Below, one piece after another: positions 61,256 through 64,000 of a stretch of 64,000 nt of DNA (its first letter is position 1; each line of letters starts with the position of its first letter). Source of the DNA: an uncultured virus (IMG/VR IMGVR_UViG_3300025276_000002) (Duplodnaviria > Heunggongvirae > Uroviricota > Caudoviricetes); IMG/VR virus record IMGVR_UViG_3300025276_000002; one strand, given 5' to 3'. Both the position numbers and the translations under genes were made by a program. A model generated the notes under the pieces. The model was not told where the DNA came from, did no database searches, and worked only from the letters and a program-made list of their open reading frames with translations.

Positions 61256-61459
61256 ATGGATAAGTCAGAAGTAATAGAAGCATTATGTGAATTAGCTGAC
61301 AAAGTAGGTGAACACATATTCAATCATACAGTAGCCTCTGACTGCTTTTGTGAAAATGGTGGCCCTGACGAGTTATTCCGGTTTGATGAAGAAGTGTTGC
61401 AATTTATAAAAGATGCTGTGGATGAGAAATTAAATAAGGAGAAAAGTCATGAGTTATGA
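61256..61459 (+). CDS. Small DCFC-motif protein, paralogue 2
   Basis: Colinear similarity to 60047-60280. Confidence 0.75.
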   Translation: MDKSEVIEALCELADKVGEHIFNHTVASDCFCENGGPDELFRFDEEVLQFIKDAVDEKLNKEKSHEL

Positions 61460-62317
61460 ATATAAAAGACCAGAAGGCAAGCTTTACAAAGTAAGTATTA
61501 AGGAATGGAACAAGGTTTTTGCTCATAGAGGCAGGTGGCCTTTTGTTGTGGCAAATGTCTATCTACAAGAGGATAGTGCCGTTGTTTACTACAATGTTAG
61601 TTTATTTGGTAAGGTAGTCTTCTGGACACTATCACCTTTATATTTTATAATCATGCCATTCTTATGTGGATTTCCAGATGCATATAAAGAGTTTAAAGGG
61701 CTGGTCTCCGATAAGGAATTAGGACAATTCAGTAGTGATGGTTTTTATAGAATACGTAACGATCAAGAATCACAACAATGGTCCAAGCTTATGAAGCTAG
61801 TAGGGGAAGATAAATGAAGACACAAGAACAAGTAATTAAAGACTTTGAAGACTGCATAGATTTTCAAAAGTCTGTAGGTGAAGGTACTCGACATGTTGAA
61901 AGTGATTTAAAACATAACCTTTGGCATTATGAGAATAAGGATTATTATCTCTGCACCAAATGCAAGCGTCCTGAGACAGCAAACTACTCTAACAATGAGG
62001 TAATGGTAGAGAAACAACTTTGCTTCGGCTGTAATCTATGGGAGGAACGTTTAGAGAAAGATTTCACTAAAGGTAATGTATTCGTCTATAACAGAACAAT
62101 GTATTCGATCGGGACATATGGTTTTTCAAAAGAAAAGTATCTAGGTCATGGTGGGACAGTATTTAAGATCACCTATCCTAATGGTAAAGAAGTAGCTAGC
62201 AACAATGTTTGGTGTGGTGGCGATTTACCATTATGGTTGACAGAGGGTTTCAAAACGGCTACTATGGAACGGGTGGTAAGTGTGAATGATCTGAACGATG
62301 TAAAACACCTTTTGTAA
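61449..62317 (+). CDS. Two hypothetical proteins (61449-61817 with a hydrophobic segment; 61814-62317 with CxxC pairs)
   Basis: Coupled ORFs with RBSs. Confidence 0.65.
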
Positions 62318-62423
62318 CGTCAAAATTTTATAAGAATTATTAAGGAGAAAAAAACATGGGTGAGTTAATAAACCTACAAAGAATACAACTTTAGGTTTTA
62401 ACCTAGAAACAAAACAGCTAACA

Positions 62424-63122
62424 ATGAGCAGCAGAGAGATAGCTTCTCTTCTAAACAAGAATCACTCAGATATCAAGCGTAGTGCTGAAAGACTCATAGC
62501 ATCTGGAATAATAAACAACGGTCAGCCGTTGGCTGAGTGTGAATTTCAAACCTCTAGAGGAAACAAGTTTACCGAGTACCTATTAGTTAAAAGGGATAGT
62601 CTTATTCTTGTAGCTCAAAATAGTCCAGAATTTACAGCACTTATTGTAGACAGATGGCAAGAGCTTGAAAACCAAAGTGAGCCACAGATGACCCAAATGG
62701 AGATTATAGCACACAATGCGATGGCGCTAGTAGAGCAAGAGAAACGTATTAACCAAGTTGTACATAATCAAGCTCTACTAGAGGATAAGTTTGAACAACT
62801 AAAAGAGAGCACAGCAATACTACCTAAGAGACCAACTAACGCAGAAGGTATTACATTTGTCCGAGCACGTATGCACAAGTTATACAAACTACCACCTCGT
62901 GTAGTGAATGAAGTATTGTATAGTTCACCCCATGCACCTAAGCCAGCAGGTCAGGTAAGAAACACACATGAACAAGCAGGAAATGCTACTTACACAGTTT
63001 GGTACACAAGTGATGTATCTAAACTATTCACAAGGTTTGTAGAGGAGTGTGAGTTTGTAACTAAGACGCAAGCTGTACATCCAGACATTGATGGTAGATT
63101 TAAGCTGGTAATAGAATCTTAA
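62424..63122 (+). CDS. Rha-family regulatory/antirepressor-like protein
   Basis: MSSREIA...H.....Y.L.KRDSLILVAQ.SPEFTA.IVDRWQELE. Confidence 0.85.
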   Translation: MSSREIASLLNKNHSDIKRSAERLIASGIINNGQPLAECEFQTSRGNKFTEYLLVKRDSLILVAQNSPEFTALIVDRWQELENQSEPQMTQMEIIAHNAMALVEQEKRINQVVHNQALLEDKFEQLKESTAILPKRPTNAEGITFVRARMHKLYKLPPRVVNEVLYSSPHAPKPAGQVRNTHEQAGNATYTVWYTSDVSKLFTRFVEECEFVTKTQAVHPDIDGRFKLVIES

Positions 63123-63156
63123 AATTTACAAAATTATTAAAGGGTCTTTTTCTAGA

Positions 63157-63390
63157 CCCCCATTTTTTCAGAAAATCTTTATACCCCCATTTTTCAAAGA
63201 CACCATCTTCTTACATAGCCCACCTCTTATAGCCAAGCTCCATAGCCCATTTTCATAGCAAAAATTTTATAGCTGATTTTAAAAGACCCCATCTTCCTAT
63301 ATATTCGAAAGGATCATAAGCTGTTAACATAGGCAAAATTACTACAAAATATTAGAAAGGGTGGTGGGAGTATTAACATAGTCAAAAGTA
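63157..63390. repeat. Short-repeat array in the convergent intergenic region
   Basis: CCCATTTT(T)CA x3, AAAGAC.CCATCTTC x2, ATAGC x5 at 13-14-bp spacing, TTAACATAG.CAAAA.TA x2. Confidence 0.75.
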
Positions 63391-63603
63391 GTGCTAGTTT
63401 TACAAGAGGGTTAAGTGAAAATATAGACCCGTACCCCCCGTATGATTCCATCAAATTGTCCAATATAAGCCACTCACAAGCACTCTAAGCAGCGATCGCC
63501 ATATAAGTAATACAATGGCAGCGGGTAGGTTTTAAGACGTCTTAGAATCACATAGAGGAACGCATAGCATAGTTGCATAGCAAAGATGTTTATTACAGGC
63601 ATG

Positions 63604-63626
63604 AAAAAGCCCTCAATGGGAGGGCT
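63604..63626 (-). terminator. Intrinsic terminator for incoming minus-strand genes
   Basis: AGCCCTC/GAGGGCT stem followed by a T-tract on the minus strand. Confidence 0.75.
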
Positions 63627-63644
63627 GGTTACTTTTGATAGTGT

Positions 63645-63848
63645 CTAAAACTCTAACATTGTGCTCTGTCTTAGCTCTTCGCTCCCTAGTTTTTCAATAA
63701 ACCAAAAATATTCATTGCTCCATAAAGGATTAAGAGCAAACCAAGGTGCAGTATAGTAATCACCACCTAGTGTGCGACAATATATTTTAACATCCTGATT
63801 TGATTCTCTTAACTCGTCATAAAGAAGATACATAAGATCCCTCCTCAA
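63645..63848 (-). CDS. Hypothetical protein
   Basis: 67-aa ORF ending just before the terminator. Confidence 0.55.
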   Translation of the reverse strand: MRRDLMYLLYDELRESNQDVKIYCRTLGGDYYTAPWFALNPLWSNEYFWFIEKLGSEELRQSTMLEF

Positions 63849-64000
63849 AGTGTTTCTAGTTGTGAGCCAATGAACTTAATAACTTGGTTGAATTGTTTAG
63901 TGTCATCAATGTGCGCTGGTAAATCTTCGATCTTGTTGCCGTACACTTGAAACTTAAAAGTGAGTTGATCGCGGTCTGCATTGAACATGTATTCTATTAA

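Noticed and set aside
1..64000. Stop-codon reassignment as the cause of the split genes
   Set aside because: The standard code gives dense full-length genes; the splits are explained by introns and a frameshift.

Overview
This is a 64-kb, AT-rich piece of a long-tailed (siphovirus-type) dsDNA phage. The host is probably a Gammaproteobacterium, inferred from host-like class Ia NrdAB. No integrase, tRNA or CRISPR array was seen. Positions 1-24.5 kb (minus strand) are the virion operon, running from TerS to a lambda J-like tip protein that leaves the window. TerL is split by a group I intron, and the tail chaperone has a -1 frameshift. Positions 24.5-26.5 kb are a mostly non-coding array of abutting structured-RNA modules with one HNH gene, downstream of tandem sigma70 and putative phage-RNAP promoters. 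Positions 26.6-33.3 kb (minus) hold a GIY-YIG protein, a second superfamily-A polymerase-like protein and a T7-type RNA polymerase. Positions 33.5-63.1 kb (plus) hold replication genes (primase-helicase, SF1 helicase, PolA split by a second group I intron, SSB-like, exonuclease, RuvC-like), nucleotide metabolism genes, Dam, anti-defence candidates (Acb2, macrodomain) and many small ORFs. A repeat-rich non-coding tract at 63.1-63.6 kb marks converging transcription. The best candidates for new biology are the late-leader RNA array, a shared N-terminal ILNNA peptide on three replication proteins, the extra polymerase, and a Walker-A-less terminase-like fragment. All calls come from reading the sequence and motifs by eye; no searches or folding programs were run.
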